DNA from: Candidatus Levyibacteriota bacterium
GTDB lineage: Bacteria > Patescibacteriota > Microgenomatia > Levybacterales > UBA12049
Length of the DNA: 64,000 nt
Direction: 5' to 3'
Assembly (NCBI GenBank): GCA_043823085.1
Contig: JBDRBE010000002.1
Coordinates: forward strand, 19,312 to 83,311
Shown here: positions 1-8,751 of the stretch, one piece after another
Position numbering within the stretch: position 1 is the first letter of the stretch
Layout of the letters: each line of letters opens with the position of its first letter
Notes under the pieces: generated by a model
The model's input: the letters and a program-made list of their open reading frames with translations, nothing else
Database searches by the model: none
What the model was told of the DNA's origin: nothing
Position numbers and translations under genes: made by a program

Positions 1-837
1 GGCGATGATAGATTACAAAAAATATTAAAAACTCTGCCAAAAACACCGCCAAAAAATGAACTCGATAAAAAAGAAGCAACATTTTTAGAAAAATTATCAA
101 CCTTGCAAGCCGCAGACTCTCCTCCGCCTACCATTCCTGCTTCTGCTCCTAGCGGTCCAAAATTTATTTCCATGGAAGAAGAAAAAAAAGACCTGCCTGC
201 CAGCAGGCAGGGCCTACTCCCAGAACAAAAAGCTAAAGAGGATATGGTAAAAGAAAAAAAATTGGAAGAAGAAGCCCAAACTTTAGAAAAAGAGCTCGAA
301 ATAGCAAAAACCCAACCTTCCAACCAAAAAGCCGCTGACCTACAAGATCAATTGAACAATATTCTCTTGCAAAAACAACGACTGGAAGAAGAGCTTTTAA
401 GCTTGCAAAAAAAATTAAGCGTTCAAAAACAAGACGTTTTTATTCCTTCTACCGCAGTGCCAAAAGAAGAAACGCAAAATGTCCGAAAAATTTCAAAGCA
501 AATGGGCAAAAGCATTGGATTACCTCAAGCGCCCGACACTGCAAATGTCATTATGGGAATTATTAAAGACCCAAGGGGAAATATTTTGCCAAATATTTTG
601 GTGGAAGTTAAAGACAAAGAGGAAAATCCGGTCAGAGCTTTTAAAACCAACACGCTTGGGCAATTTGCTTCGGCAACGCCTTTGCAAAATGGCAATTACA
701 CAATTCTGTTTGAAGACCCGCAAGGAAAAAATAAATTTGACGCGATAGAAATTAGCGCAAATGGCGAAGTTCTCCCGGTTTTAGAAATTATTTCCAGAGA
801 CGAAAGAGAGGATTTACGAAAAGCGTTATTTAATTGA
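1..837 (+). CDS. coiled-coil protein with C-terminal carboxypeptidase-regulatory-like beta-sandwich domain; 5' end lies outside the window (frame open to position 1; track start 103 is a TTG)
   Basis: Long heptad-like K/E/L/Q-rich region (EEAQTLEKELEIAKTQ...LQKQRLEEELLSLQKKL). C-terminal GIIKDPRGNILPNILVEVKD...TNTLGQF...LQNGNYTILFEDPQG fits the CarboxypepD_reg pattern. First gene of a T4SS-like cluster. Confidence 0.5.
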   Translation, partial: GDDRLQKILKTLPKTPPKNELDKKEATFLEKLSTLQAADSPPPTIPASAPSGPKFISMEEEKKDLPASRQGLLPEQKAKEDMVKEKKLEEEAQTLEKELEIAKTQPSNQKAADLQDQLNNILLQKQRLEEELLSLQKKLSVQKQDVFIPSTAVPKEETQNVRKISKQMGKSIGLPQAPDTANVIMGIIKDPRGNILPNILVEVKDKEENPVRAFKTNTLGQFASATPLQNGNYTILFEDPQGKNKFDAIEISANGEVLPVLEIISRDEREDLRKALFN

Positions 838-1478
838 TTATGGCAAAAGCTGCTCAAAAAATTCATTCATCAACCCAAAAATTTACCGAAATTTTGGATA
901 TTTCCGAAAACGTAGTTATTTTTCAAAACAGTTACGCAACTTTGGTAATCGAAATCCAAGCCACTAACTTTTCCCTTCTTTCCCAAGAAGAGCAAAATTC
1001 AAAAATTTACGCTTATGCTTCTCTTCTAAACTCTCTTTCTTTTCCAATTCAACTTATTATTCGCAATAAAAAAATTGATGTTTCCGCTTACGTAAAAACG
1101 CTTGACCTTGAACTTGCAAAATCACATGATAGCCTAAAATTAAACACCTATATTAAACATTACCGGGACTTTATTTTAAGCATGGTCAAAGTCCAAACGA
1201 TTTTAGACAAAAAATTCTATCTTGCTATTCCTTATTCATATTTTGAAAAAGGAGTTAAGGGAGTATTAAAAAAAGATGATTTTGCCCTTTCCGCAAAAAC
1301 AGCCTTACATACCAAGGCCGAATCGCTTTTAACAGAACTTAAAAGGCTTACCTTAAATGCAAAAATTTTAGAGAAAGAAGAATTAATTAAACTTTTTTAT
1401 GATATTTACAATCACAATGAAGCCTTGGAGAGCCAAATTGAACAAAGTTTAAAAACACCGATTGTCAAAGCAAAATGA
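834..1478 (+). CDS. VirB4/TraE/PrgJ-family N-terminal domain protein (possible N-terminal part of a split VirB4)
   Basis: No Walker motifs. Sequence resembles the N-terminal region of conjugative VirB4 ATPases. Stop overlaps the start of the downstream ATPase gene by 4 nt (ATGA). Combined length (214+613 aa) matches a full-length VirB4. Confidence 0.45.
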   Translation: MIMAKAAQKIHSSTQKFTEILDISENVVIFQNSYATLVIEIQATNFSLLSQEEQNSKIYAYASLLNSLSFPIQLIIRNKKIDVSAYVKTLDLELAKSHDSLKLNTYIKHYRDFILSMVKVQTILDKKFYLAIPYSYFEKGVKGVLKKDDFALSAKTALHTKAESLLTELKRLTLNAKILEKEELIKLFYDIYNHNEALESQIEQSLKTPIVKAK

Positions 1479-3316
1479 AAAATAAAGAAGAAAAAAAGGA
1501 AGACAAAAGTAGAAATTTATTAGCGCTTGAGAAAGGAATGGTTTCTTTGGTTGATCTTATTTCACCTTCTTCGGTCGAAGTGGATTTTCGTTTTATAAGA
1601 ATTGGAGAAAAATTTTATCGAACTTTTTTCGTGGTTGATTACCCTCGTTTTGTCTCGCCAAATTGGCTTCTGCCTTTAATTGACTTTGATCATGAGTTAA
1701 CTATTTCCATGTTTATTTACCCCACTTCCTTGGCCGATACCATGTCTGATTTAAGGAGAAAAATTGCCGAGATGGAAGCAACAATTTCTTCACAGATGGA
1801 TCAGGGGCAAGACGTTGATCCTAAAGTCAGCGCCGCTTTGGAGGATGCTCTTTCTCTTCAGGAAGACTTGGCAAAAAGCATGGAGCGGTTTTTTCTCTTT
1901 AGCCTTTATGCCACACTTTCATCGGATAATGTTCCTGATTTAGAAGAAGCTTCAAAAAAATTAACAACGACTCTTTCTTCTATTCTTCTTTTTGCCAAAA
2001 CCGCCACTTTGCAAATGGAAGAAGGATTTAAAAGTTCTCTGCCAATGTCCCAGGACCGGCTTTTTATCACTCGCAACATGGACACAACAAGTCTTGCCTC
2101 AACATTTCCTTTTACTTCAAGCTCTTTAACACAAGATAAAGGAATTTTATATGGCACAAATAAACAAAATGGCTCACTGGTTGTTTTTGACCGGTTCTCG
2201 CTTGAAAATGCCAATGAAATAGTTTTGGGAAAATCAGGGTCGGGCAAATCCTATCTTTTAAAACTTGAGATTTTGCGGCAATTTATGTTTGGAATAGAAA
2301 TAATTGTCATTGATCCCGAGGGCGAATATGAAAATCTTGCTAAAACGCTGGGAGGGGAGTATCTTTCTTTTTCCCCCTCCTCTCCTATTAAAATTAATCC
2401 TTTTGATCTTTCCGGACTTTATGAAGAAGGAGAAAATGAACTGGGAATAAAAATTCTTTCGCTTCATGGTCTTTTAAAAATTTTTATGGGGAAACTTGAC
2501 GCAACGCACGAAGCAATACTTGACCGCGCGCTTGTTGAAACCTATCGGCAAAAAGGAATTACCGCCGACCCGGCGACCCAAATCAAAGAACCGCCCTTAA
2601 TGGAAGATTTTTATAAAACTCTTTTGGGCATGGAAGACCCTGTTGCCAAGGAACTTGCGTTAAGTGTGGAAAAGTTTGTCAAAGGAAGTTTAACCGGCAT
2701 TTTTAACCAACAGTCAAATTTGGATTTAAAAAATCCTTTAACAATTTTTTCCATTAAAGCTATGGAAGAAGAATTGCGGCCAATTGCTATGCATGTTGTT
2801 TTGGATTTTGTCTGGACAAGGGTCAGAAAAAATCTTAAAAAAAGATTACTTGTTTTGGATGAAGCATGGTATATGATGAAGCATGAAGACAGCGCCGCTT
2901 TTGTTTACGGCGTTGCCAAACGTGCCAGAAAGTATTACCTTGGACTCACCACAGCAACCCAGGACGTTGAAGACTTCCTTTCAACCGATTATGGTAAGGC
3001 AGTCATTTCTAACTCCTCTATTCAAATCCTGTTTAAACAGGGAGCAAATGAAATTGATTTAATTGCCAAAATATTTAATCTCTCGGGCGGCGAGCGGCAA
3101 TCGCTTTTGTCCGACACAATTGGAGAAGGACTATTTTTTGCAGGGCAAAATCATGTAGCAATAACAGTTGTTGCCGCTCCTTTTGAGCATGAAGTTATAA
3201 CATCAAATCCCGGAGAGCTTTTGAAAAAAGAAGAAGAGCAAACTCAGCAACAAACACCTCCTCAACCGCCGATTATTAAACCCGACACTCCTGCTCCGAT
3301 TGTAAGCAAACCATAA
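1475..3316 (+). CDS. virB4: VirB4-like type IV secretion/conjugation ATPase
   Basis: Walker A GKSGSGKS and Walker B LLVLDEAW. Central DYPRFVSPNWLLPLIDFD region typical of the CagE/TrbE/VirB4 family. 613 aa. Confidence 0.8.
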   Translation: MKNKEEKKEDKSRNLLALEKGMVSLVDLISPSSVEVDFRFIRIGEKFYRTFFVVDYPRFVSPNWLLPLIDFDHELTISMFIYPTSLADTMSDLRRKIAEMEATISSQMDQGQDVDPKVSAALEDALSLQEDLAKSMERFFLFSLYATLSSDNVPDLEEASKKLTTTLSSILLFAKTATLQMEEGFKSSLPMSQDRLFITRNMDTTSLASTFPFTSSSLTQDKGILYGTNKQNGSLVVFDRFSLENANEIVLGKSGSGKSYLLKLEILRQFMFGIEIIVIDPEGEYENLAKTLGGEYLSFSPSSPIKINPFDLSGLYEEGENELGIKILSLHGLLKIFMGKLDATHEAILDRALVETYRQKGITADPATQIKEPPLMEDFYKTLLGMEDPVAKELALSVEKFVKGSLTGIFNQQSNLDLKNPLTIFSIKAMEEELRPIAMHVVLDFVWTRVRKNLKKRLLVLDEAWYMMKHEDSAAFVYGVAKRARKYYLGLTTATQDVEDFLSTDYGKAVISNSSIQILFKQGANEIDLIAKIFNLSGGERQSLLSDTIGEGLFFAGQNHVAITVVAAPFEHEVITSNPGELLKKEEEQTQQQTPPQPPIIKPDTPAPIVSKP

Positions 3317-3324
3317 ACTAAATT

Positions 3325-4692
3325 ATGGATGAAAGACAACAAGAGAACAAAGGACAAAACAGACTTCCTGCTCCAGTAAAACGGCAGATATTAATTCAAG
3401 GGGCAAAGGCCGCCGGAACCGCACTGTTTAATCCGGTTATTCTTGCAATAGTTCTTATTATTATTTTTACTTTTATTATTATTTTTGCTCTTGGCGGAGG
3501 GGGCGGCATCCCCGGCGGAGTGCCGGGCGGCCCAAGCACCACCCCGCAAGCGCCGGGTGGCGGAAGTGTTGCTTCCAGTTGTACTTTCACAAGAGCCGGC
3601 GCTGTAAATTCAATTAAAAGCTCTATACTCATTGGCTGGATTAATGATGCTGCCAACAAAGCCGGTATTCCCGCCTCAATTTTAGCCAGTGTCGCCATGC
3701 ATGAAAACCCAAATTTTGCTAAGGATACTACCGACAATAACGACGCGATTAAAAATAATTATTATTGCGTTAAAGGTATGGTCTTTTGTGTTATTGGAGG
3801 CGAACGCGTAAAACACGACGAGTGTTTAAAAATTAATAAAGACGGTTACTGCGGAAGGGATCCTTGCACAGACGAGGATAAAGCCAATGGCGGAGTGAAT
3901 GCCCAAGCAGTTGGATTAATGCAATTTATCGATATTTTTAATCAGGGAGTTGATCTTTGCGACATAAACCAAAGCCTGGCTCTGGCAGCTAATAAATTAA
4001 GGGCGGATGGAATTTCTTCAAATCCGACCATGGCAGATGTCTCTACCGCTATTTTTAAATACCATAATAGTTGTACTTATGATGGCTACCGTTATTGCAA
4101 TGAAGTTTGGGACGATTACCAAAATTGCAAATCGCTTGTTGCTGTAAATCCTGGAGCTGGTAACATTCTACAACCCGCAACTGATTTTGTTTACGGGTTA
4201 ATCAACAGCATCACAAATTCCTGCGGCGGCACTTTAAAAATTTCAAACTATGGATGTTTAGACTTCATCACACCTCCCCTACTTCAAAATGTCAAAGACC
4301 AATTATCAGCCTCTGTTTTTAATAATACATACTTACAATGTGTTGGATTTGTACAAGCAGTTATTGCTGGTCTTACCGGACAACCATTAAATAAAAATAT
4401 TAATGCTGTTGATTATGCATGGAATGTTCCGACTGGTTATCAATATATTGACAAGGCAAATGGGTTTATAGCCTCAGGGGATATTCCAATTTGGAAAACC
4501 ACTCCTTATAATTCTTATGGCCATATCGCCTATGTAACCAAGGTGTATAATAATGACGCTTTTGAAGTTGCAGAAGGAAACTGGAATGCCACCTTTGATT
4601 CCGAACAAAGACAAATCTATGGTGGCGGAGTACGTTTAAAAGACAAAAATATGAATGATTATGGACTAACTGGCTGGTTAAGAAAATTATGA
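3325..4692 (+). CDS. membrane-anchored bifunctional peptidoglycan hydrolase: lytic transglycosylase (SLT) + CHAP domain (VirB1/PrgK/TraG-like)
   Basis: N-terminal TM helix (ILAIVLIIIFTFIIIFAL), then a Gly/Pro-rich linker. SLT-like region carries the GLMQF motif. C-terminal CHAP-like region has the conserved Cys (YLQCVGFVQAV) and His (YGHIAYVTKV). Confidence 0.7.
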   Translation: MDERQQENKGQNRLPAPVKRQILIQGAKAAGTALFNPVILAIVLIIIFTFIIIFALGGGGGIPGGVPGGPSTTPQAPGGGSVASSCTFTRAGAVNSIKSSILIGWINDAANKAGIPASILASVAMHENPNFAKDTTDNNDAIKNNYYCVKGMVFCVIGGERVKHDECLKINKDGYCGRDPCTDEDKANGGVNAQAVGLMQFIDIFNQGVDLCDINQSLALAANKLRADGISSNPTMADVSTAIFKYHNSCTYDGYRYCNEVWDDYQNCKSLVAVNPGAGNILQPATDFVYGLINSITNSCGGTLKISNYGCLDFITPPLLQNVKDQLSASVFNNTYLQCVGFVQAVIAGLTGQPLNKNINAVDYAWNVPTGYQYIDKANGFIASGDIPIWKTTPYNSYGHIAYVTKVYNNDAFEVAEGNWNATFDSEQRQIYGGGVRLKDKNMNDYGLTGWLRKL

Positions 4693-5411
4693 AAAAAATT
4701 TCTTTTATTCTTTTTGGAATTTTTATATTTGCGCTTTTTGCAATTACTGTTTTTATTCAAATAAATAAACCTGGACAACCATCGTCAACTCCAAACATAT
4801 CTCCAATCTCCACTGTCACTCCTGAAAACATTCCTGTTGGTGCAGAAAAACCATTAAGTGTTATTTCATCGCAGCCAGATAATAAAGAAAATAATGTATC
4901 CCTATCAAGCGATGTTATTATTTCTTTTAATCGAATTTTTTCTTTGGATGAAGTTATTTTTGTCATCTCTCCTGCTATTTCTTATTCAACCGCTATTGAT
5001 GGAAATAAATTAGTTATCAAACATAGCCAACCGTTTTCTCCCGGAGTTGTTTATACATACATTATAGATTATCAATATCTTAAACAGTTGCCAAGAACAC
5101 GATCTTTTACAACCTCTGGCCCAACCCAAACCTATCAACCAAATACCGCATCAAAAGAGTTTTTTGAAAAACAAGACGAAGTGCAAAGAGAAACACATCC
5201 CGACACTTTTTTGGCAAATCATTCGCCCCACTCTACTAATGACTTTTCTATTTCCTCTGATTTTAAACAGATCCCAACAGGCCATTTTTATTTTGTAGTC
5301 ACCTTAAATGACGAAAATAAAGTTGCTGCTAAAAATAACTTTATAATTTGGTTAAAATCTCTTGGTTTAACAGATTTGCAGATACAAGGATTAGATATTA
5401 CATATTATTAA
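4689..5411 (+). CDS. N-terminally anchored exported protein, function unknown (last gene of T4SS-like cluster)
   Basis: N-terminal TM/signal anchor (ILFGIFIFALFAITVFI) followed by an S/T/P-rich beta-rich region. Start overlaps the upstream gene stop (ATGA). Confidence 0.55.
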   Translation: MKKISFILFGIFIFALFAITVFIQINKPGQPSSTPNISPISTVTPENIPVGAEKPLSVISSQPDNKENNVSLSSDVIISFNRIFSLDEVIFVISPAISYSTAIDGNKLVIKHSQPFSPGVVYTYIIDYQYLKQLPRTRSFTTSGPTQTYQPNTASKEFFEKQDEVQRETHPDTFLANHSPHSTNDFSISSDFKQIPTGHFYFVVTLNDENKVAAKNNFIIWLKSLGLTDLQIQGLDITYY

Positions 5412-5427
5412 GTTTCATGGTTATCAT

Positions 5428-5487
5428 CCTGAATTTATTTCAGGATCTCACATTGTTCGAGATGCCGAAACAAGTTCGGTATGACAA
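5428..5487. repeat. ~60-nt palindromic repeat element (three consecutive hairpins), intergenic copy between convergent genes; may double as a bidirectional terminator
   Basis: cctgaatttatttcagg / ggatctc...gagat / ccgaaacaagttcgg...atgacaa. A homologous copy lies inside valS at 17870-17922. Confidence 0.6.
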
Positions 5488-5496
5488 ATAACAATC

Positions 5497-6618
5497 TTAC
5501 TCCTGCACTCTAATCGGCATTATTAAATGAAGAAAAGTGGGGTCTTCTTTAATTTTAAATACTCCCGGGTTTAGCGGGCCGGTCATTTCAAAAACCATTT
5601 CCTCCTCTTCAATATTTCCCAAAAGATCTAGAAGATAACGGGCGTTAAAAGCAATTTCATTTTCTTCACCGTTTAATTTTGCTTCTACCTCAACTTTATT
5701 ATCCCCTATCGATTGAGTGTTGGCGCAAACTATCATTAAGTCTTTTTTAAGAGAAATTTTAATAATGTTGGCTGTTTCTCTGGCAAAAATAGAGCAGATT
5801 TTAACAGCTTTTTGTAGTTCTTCTTTATCAAAGATAACACTTGTGGTAAAATTAGCCGGAATTATTTTTTCATAGTTTGGATAATCTGCCTCAATTAACC
5901 TACCAACTAAAATTATTCCTTCTTGCTCAAAAAGAATTTGGTTGTTTTTTTTAGAAATATAAATTTCTACTTCTCCTTCTTCGTCTTTTAAGGAAATAAT
6001 TTCCCGAAAAACACGAGCTGGAACTAAAATGGGTTTTTCTAATTCTAAATCTTCCCTTTTTTTTACTTGAATAAAATTAACTTTTTTATAAGAAAGCCTA
6101 AAACCATCTGTTGCTACTAGGGTTAGTGTTTTATTATCTTTTTTTAACAAAACTCCGGATAGCGCTGGCCTTGAACTATCTTGGGCAGCGGAAAAAATTA
6201 TCATAGAAAAATCTTTTTGCAGAGATTTTTTTTGAATATCAAATATTTTTTCTCCCTTTTCTTCATATAGTTTTGGGAACTCATCCTTTGAAATTGTTTG
6301 AAATGTGCTTTTTGTTTTCGTTGTTAAAACTTTAAGAGCTTCTCCATCGCTTTCTAAAATTAATTTTCCCAAAGGTAATGAATTTATGAGATCTAAAAAT
6401 GATTTTGCTGGAACAGTTATCCCCCCTTCTTCTTCAATGTTGGCTGGAATTTCTACTTGTATTCCAATTTCTAAATCTGTGCTTGATATCTGAAGTTTCC
6501 CTTTTTTTGTTAAAAGTAAAATATTAGAAAGAATTGGCAGTTGGGTTCTTATTGAAACAGCACGGGCTATAAATGGAGATTTTTTTTGAAGGTTTTCTGC
6601 CAAAATTGAAAGTTTCAT
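5497..6618 (-). CDS. dnaN: DNA polymerase III beta subunit (sliding clamp)
   Basis: 373 aa, typical DnaN N-terminus MKLSILAENL..., three-domain length, located immediately downstream of dnaA. Confidence 0.9.
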   Translation of the reverse strand: MKLSILAENLQKKSPFIARAVSIRTQLPILSNILLLTKKGKLQISSTDLEIGIQVEIPANIEEEGGITVPAKSFLDLINSLPLGKLILESDGEALKVLTTKTKSTFQTISKDEFPKLYEEKGEKIFDIQKKSLQKDFSMIIFSAAQDSSRPALSGVLLKKDNKTLTLVATDGFRLSYKKVNFIQVKKREDLELEKPILVPARVFREIISLKDEEGEVEIYISKKNNQILFEQEGIILVGRLIEADYPNYEKIIPANFTTSVIFDKEELQKAVKICSIFARETANIIKISLKKDLMIVCANTQSIGDNKVEVEAKLNGEENEIAFNARYLLDLLGNIEEEEMVFEMTGPLNPGVFKIKEDPTFLHLIMPIRVQE

Positions 6619-6763
6619 AATTTAGTTATATCTTTTTGTTGTTATAGTAGTTTAATAGGAAAAGTGGAAAAAATCAAGATATGAATAAATAGCAACGCAA
6701 ACATAAACATATAAATGTGGAAAAGCTGTTGATACCTTTGGGTATAAAATGTTTATAATAAAA
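6619..6763. promoter_or_regulatory. dnaA-dnaN intergenic oriC segment: AT-rich tract plus variant DnaA boxes
   Basis: aatttagttatatctttttgttgttatag AT-rich stretch. agtggaaaa (6663-6671) and tgtggaaaa (6716-6724) are the reverse complement of TTTTCCACA-type boxes. Confidence 0.5.
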
Positions 6764-8146
6764 TTAATTATCTCTCCCTTGGGATAAAAACTTCTTTATC
6801 CCCATGATTTCCATAGAAATGCTCTGCTCTAATGGGTATAACCTTTCAATTTTTTCTACACCATGCATAACTGTAGTATGGTCTCTTCCTCCTAAAAAAT
6901 TACCTATTTCAACATATGTCATTCTAGTTTCTTTTTTAAGAAGATACATCGCAATTTGTCTTGCGCGAACTAAAGAAGCATCTCTTTTAGGACCTTTAAC
7001 CAGAGTAGACTTTAAATCATAATAAGAACAGACAGTTTTAATAATATCATCCGGGTGAATAATATTATTTTCTAAAAATTTCTTACCGTTTAAAACTTTT
7101 ACCACAATATCATTGGTAATTTCATTATTTATTACTTGGGCTTCTGTCATAATTCTTAAAAGAGTTCCTTCAAGGCTTCTGACATCTTCTATTTTTTCCG
7201 CCAGCATTTTTGCTAATTCAATTGGAAGGTTAACTCCTAGCTTTTTAGCTTTTATTAAAAGAATCGCGGTTCTTAATTCAAAATCCGGCATTTCAATATC
7301 TACTGTAAGTCCTGCTGAAAATCTTGAAGATAAACGTTTTTCAAGTTTTTTAATTTCATCAGGCGGTCTGTCTGATGAAAGCGCGATTTGCGAGCCGTTA
7401 TCAATTAAAATATTAAAAGTGTGGAAAAGTTCTTCCTGAACTCTATCTTTTCCGGCGATAAACTGTACGTCGTCAATAATTAAAAGGTCAACTGTTCTAA
7501 ATCTTCTTTTCATTCTGGCAGTATCATTGCTTCTAATTGCTTCAACAACTTCATTTGTAAATTCCTCACTTGTAATATAAATAATTTTTTTTGAAGCGTC
7601 TTTTTGGAAAACATCATTTGCAATCGCTTGCATTAAATGAGTTTTTCCAACACCTACAGGACCATAGATAAACAAAGGGTTGTATGAGTGGCCAAGATTT
7701 TTTGCTACAGTTTGGGAAGAAACATAAGCCAATTGATTACTTGAAGAAACAGCTAAATTTTGAAAAATAAAATCTGGGCGGACCCGAGAAAGCTGGCGCG
7801 TAACTTTTTGCTTTTCTTCATTGATGATTTGCGCAGATTGATTTTGAAAAAACAACGGGCCGCTGTCTTCAATTCTCTTTTTGCCATTAATAACAGTTTT
7901 TGGAACAAAAACAATTTTTATATCACTTTTTGTATGTTTATCAAGAGCCTTTTTAATAATAGTTAAAAACCTTTTTTGCAAAAGATCAATAATCATATTG
8001 GAGGGGGTTGCAATACTGGCTGTATTCTCTTCAAGTGACAAAAGGGCTGTGTTTTTGAAAAGAGTAAAATAATTAGCCTGTGAGACTTCAGTCTCAATTT
8101 CTCCAAGTATGACCTGCCAAAGATTGTCTAAATCAAGTTTCTCCAT
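6764..8146 (-). CDS. dnaA: chromosomal replication initiator DnaA
   Basis: AAA+ Walker A GPVGVGKTH. C-terminal DnaA DNA-binding signature (VCSYYDLKSTLVKGPKR...ARQIAMYL). 460 aa. Confidence 0.95.
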   Translation of the reverse strand: MEKLDLDNLWQVILGEIETEVSQANYFTLFKNTALLSLEENTASIATPSNMIIDLLQKRFLTIIKKALDKHTKSDIKIVFVPKTVINGKKRIEDSGPLFFQNQSAQIINEEKQKVTRQLSRVRPDFIFQNLAVSSSNQLAYVSSQTVAKNLGHSYNPLFIYGPVGVGKTHLMQAIANDVFQKDASKKIIYITSEEFTNEVVEAIRSNDTARMKRRFRTVDLLIIDDVQFIAGKDRVQEELFHTFNILIDNGSQIALSSDRPPDEIKKLEKRLSSRFSAGLTVDIEMPDFELRTAILLIKAKKLGVNLPIELAKMLAEKIEDVRSLEGTLLRIMTEAQVINNEITNDIVVKVLNGKKFLENNIIHPDDIIKTVCSYYDLKSTLVKGPKRDASLVRARQIAMYLLKKETRMTYVEIGNFLGGRDHTTVMHGVEKIERLYPLEQSISMEIMGIKKFLSQGRDN

Positions 8147-8277
8147 AAAACGTAGGACAATTTAATAATGTGGATAACTTTTTGTCAATAGGAAGAAGTG
8201 GATAAAAACATATCGTTTACAAGGATAACGGTTTTTGGTATACTCTTTTTACAGCGAAAGTTTCGCTGAATAGTATT
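8147..8277. promoter_or_regulatory. oriC-like DnaA-box cluster upstream of dnaA (between dnaA and rpmH)
   Basis: tgtggataa at 8169-8177 is the reverse complement of a perfect TTATCCACA. agtggataa (8197-8205) and aaggataac (8221-8229) are degenerate boxes in the same orientation, spaced 24-28 nt apart. Confidence 0.65.
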
Positions 8278-8412
8278 ATGGCAAAAGGTGTTAAGCTCAA
8301 AAAATTAAAAGGCAAAAGAAAACATGGGTTTTTAGTGCGTATGAAAACTCATGGAGGTAAAAAAATAATTGCCAGAAGGAGAAAGGCAAAAAGGAGGAGA
8401 ATTACTCTTTAA
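8278..8412 (+). CDS. rpmH: 50S ribosomal protein L34
   Basis: Too short for the ORF track. Translation MAKGVKLKKLKGKRKHGFLVRMKTHGGKKIIARRRAKRRRITL matches the L34 pattern (KR..HGF..RM.T..G..(I/V)L.RRR.KGR). Canonical position next to rnpA. Confidence 0.85.
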   Translation: MAKGVKLKKLKGKRKHGFLVRMKTHGGKKIIARRRKAKRRRITL

Positions 8413-8421
8413 TTTAGGTCA

Positions 8422-8751
8422 ATGCTAAAAAAAGAATGCAGATTAAACTTAGGGAAAAAATTAAAATTTACCAATTCTCTTAACTCAATTTTTTTTACTC
8501 TAAAAATAAACAAGAATAATCTTTTATTCAATAGGTATGGTTTTGTTATTTCAAAAAGAATAGATAAAAGAGCGGTTGTTAGAAATAGGATAAGAAGAAT
8601 GTTCCAAAAATGTCTCAAGGACAATTTAGGTGAAATTAAAGAAGGTTATGATATGCTTTTTTATCCAAAAAAAGAAGTGTTAAGTCTTTCCCAAAACGAA
8701 ATTTGCTTGAACATAAAAGAATTTTTTAAAAAAACAGGATATTTAAAATGA
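8422..8751 (+). CDS. rnpA: ribonuclease P protein component
   Basis: 109 aa, basic. KRAVVRNRIRRMF resembles the RnpA RNR motif. Synteny rpmH-rnpA-yidD-yidC. Confidence 0.85.
   Translation: MLKKECRLNLGKKLKFTNSLNSIFFTLKINKNNLLFNRYGFVISKRIDKRAVVRNRIRRMFQKCLKDNLGEIKEGYDMLFYPKKEVLSLSQNEICLNIKEFFKKTGYLK

Noticed and set aside
3396-3737. 113-aa minus-strand ORF inside the SLT/CHAP hydrolase gene
   Set aside because: Created by the Gly/Pro-rich linker (GGGGGIPGGVPGGP) read on the opposite strand. The sense-strand gene has strong domain evidence.
8278-8412. Possible absence of rpmH because no ORF was listed in the track
   Set aside because: Manual translation gives a clean 44-aa L34 with ATG and TAA. 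It was missed only because of the track length cutoff.
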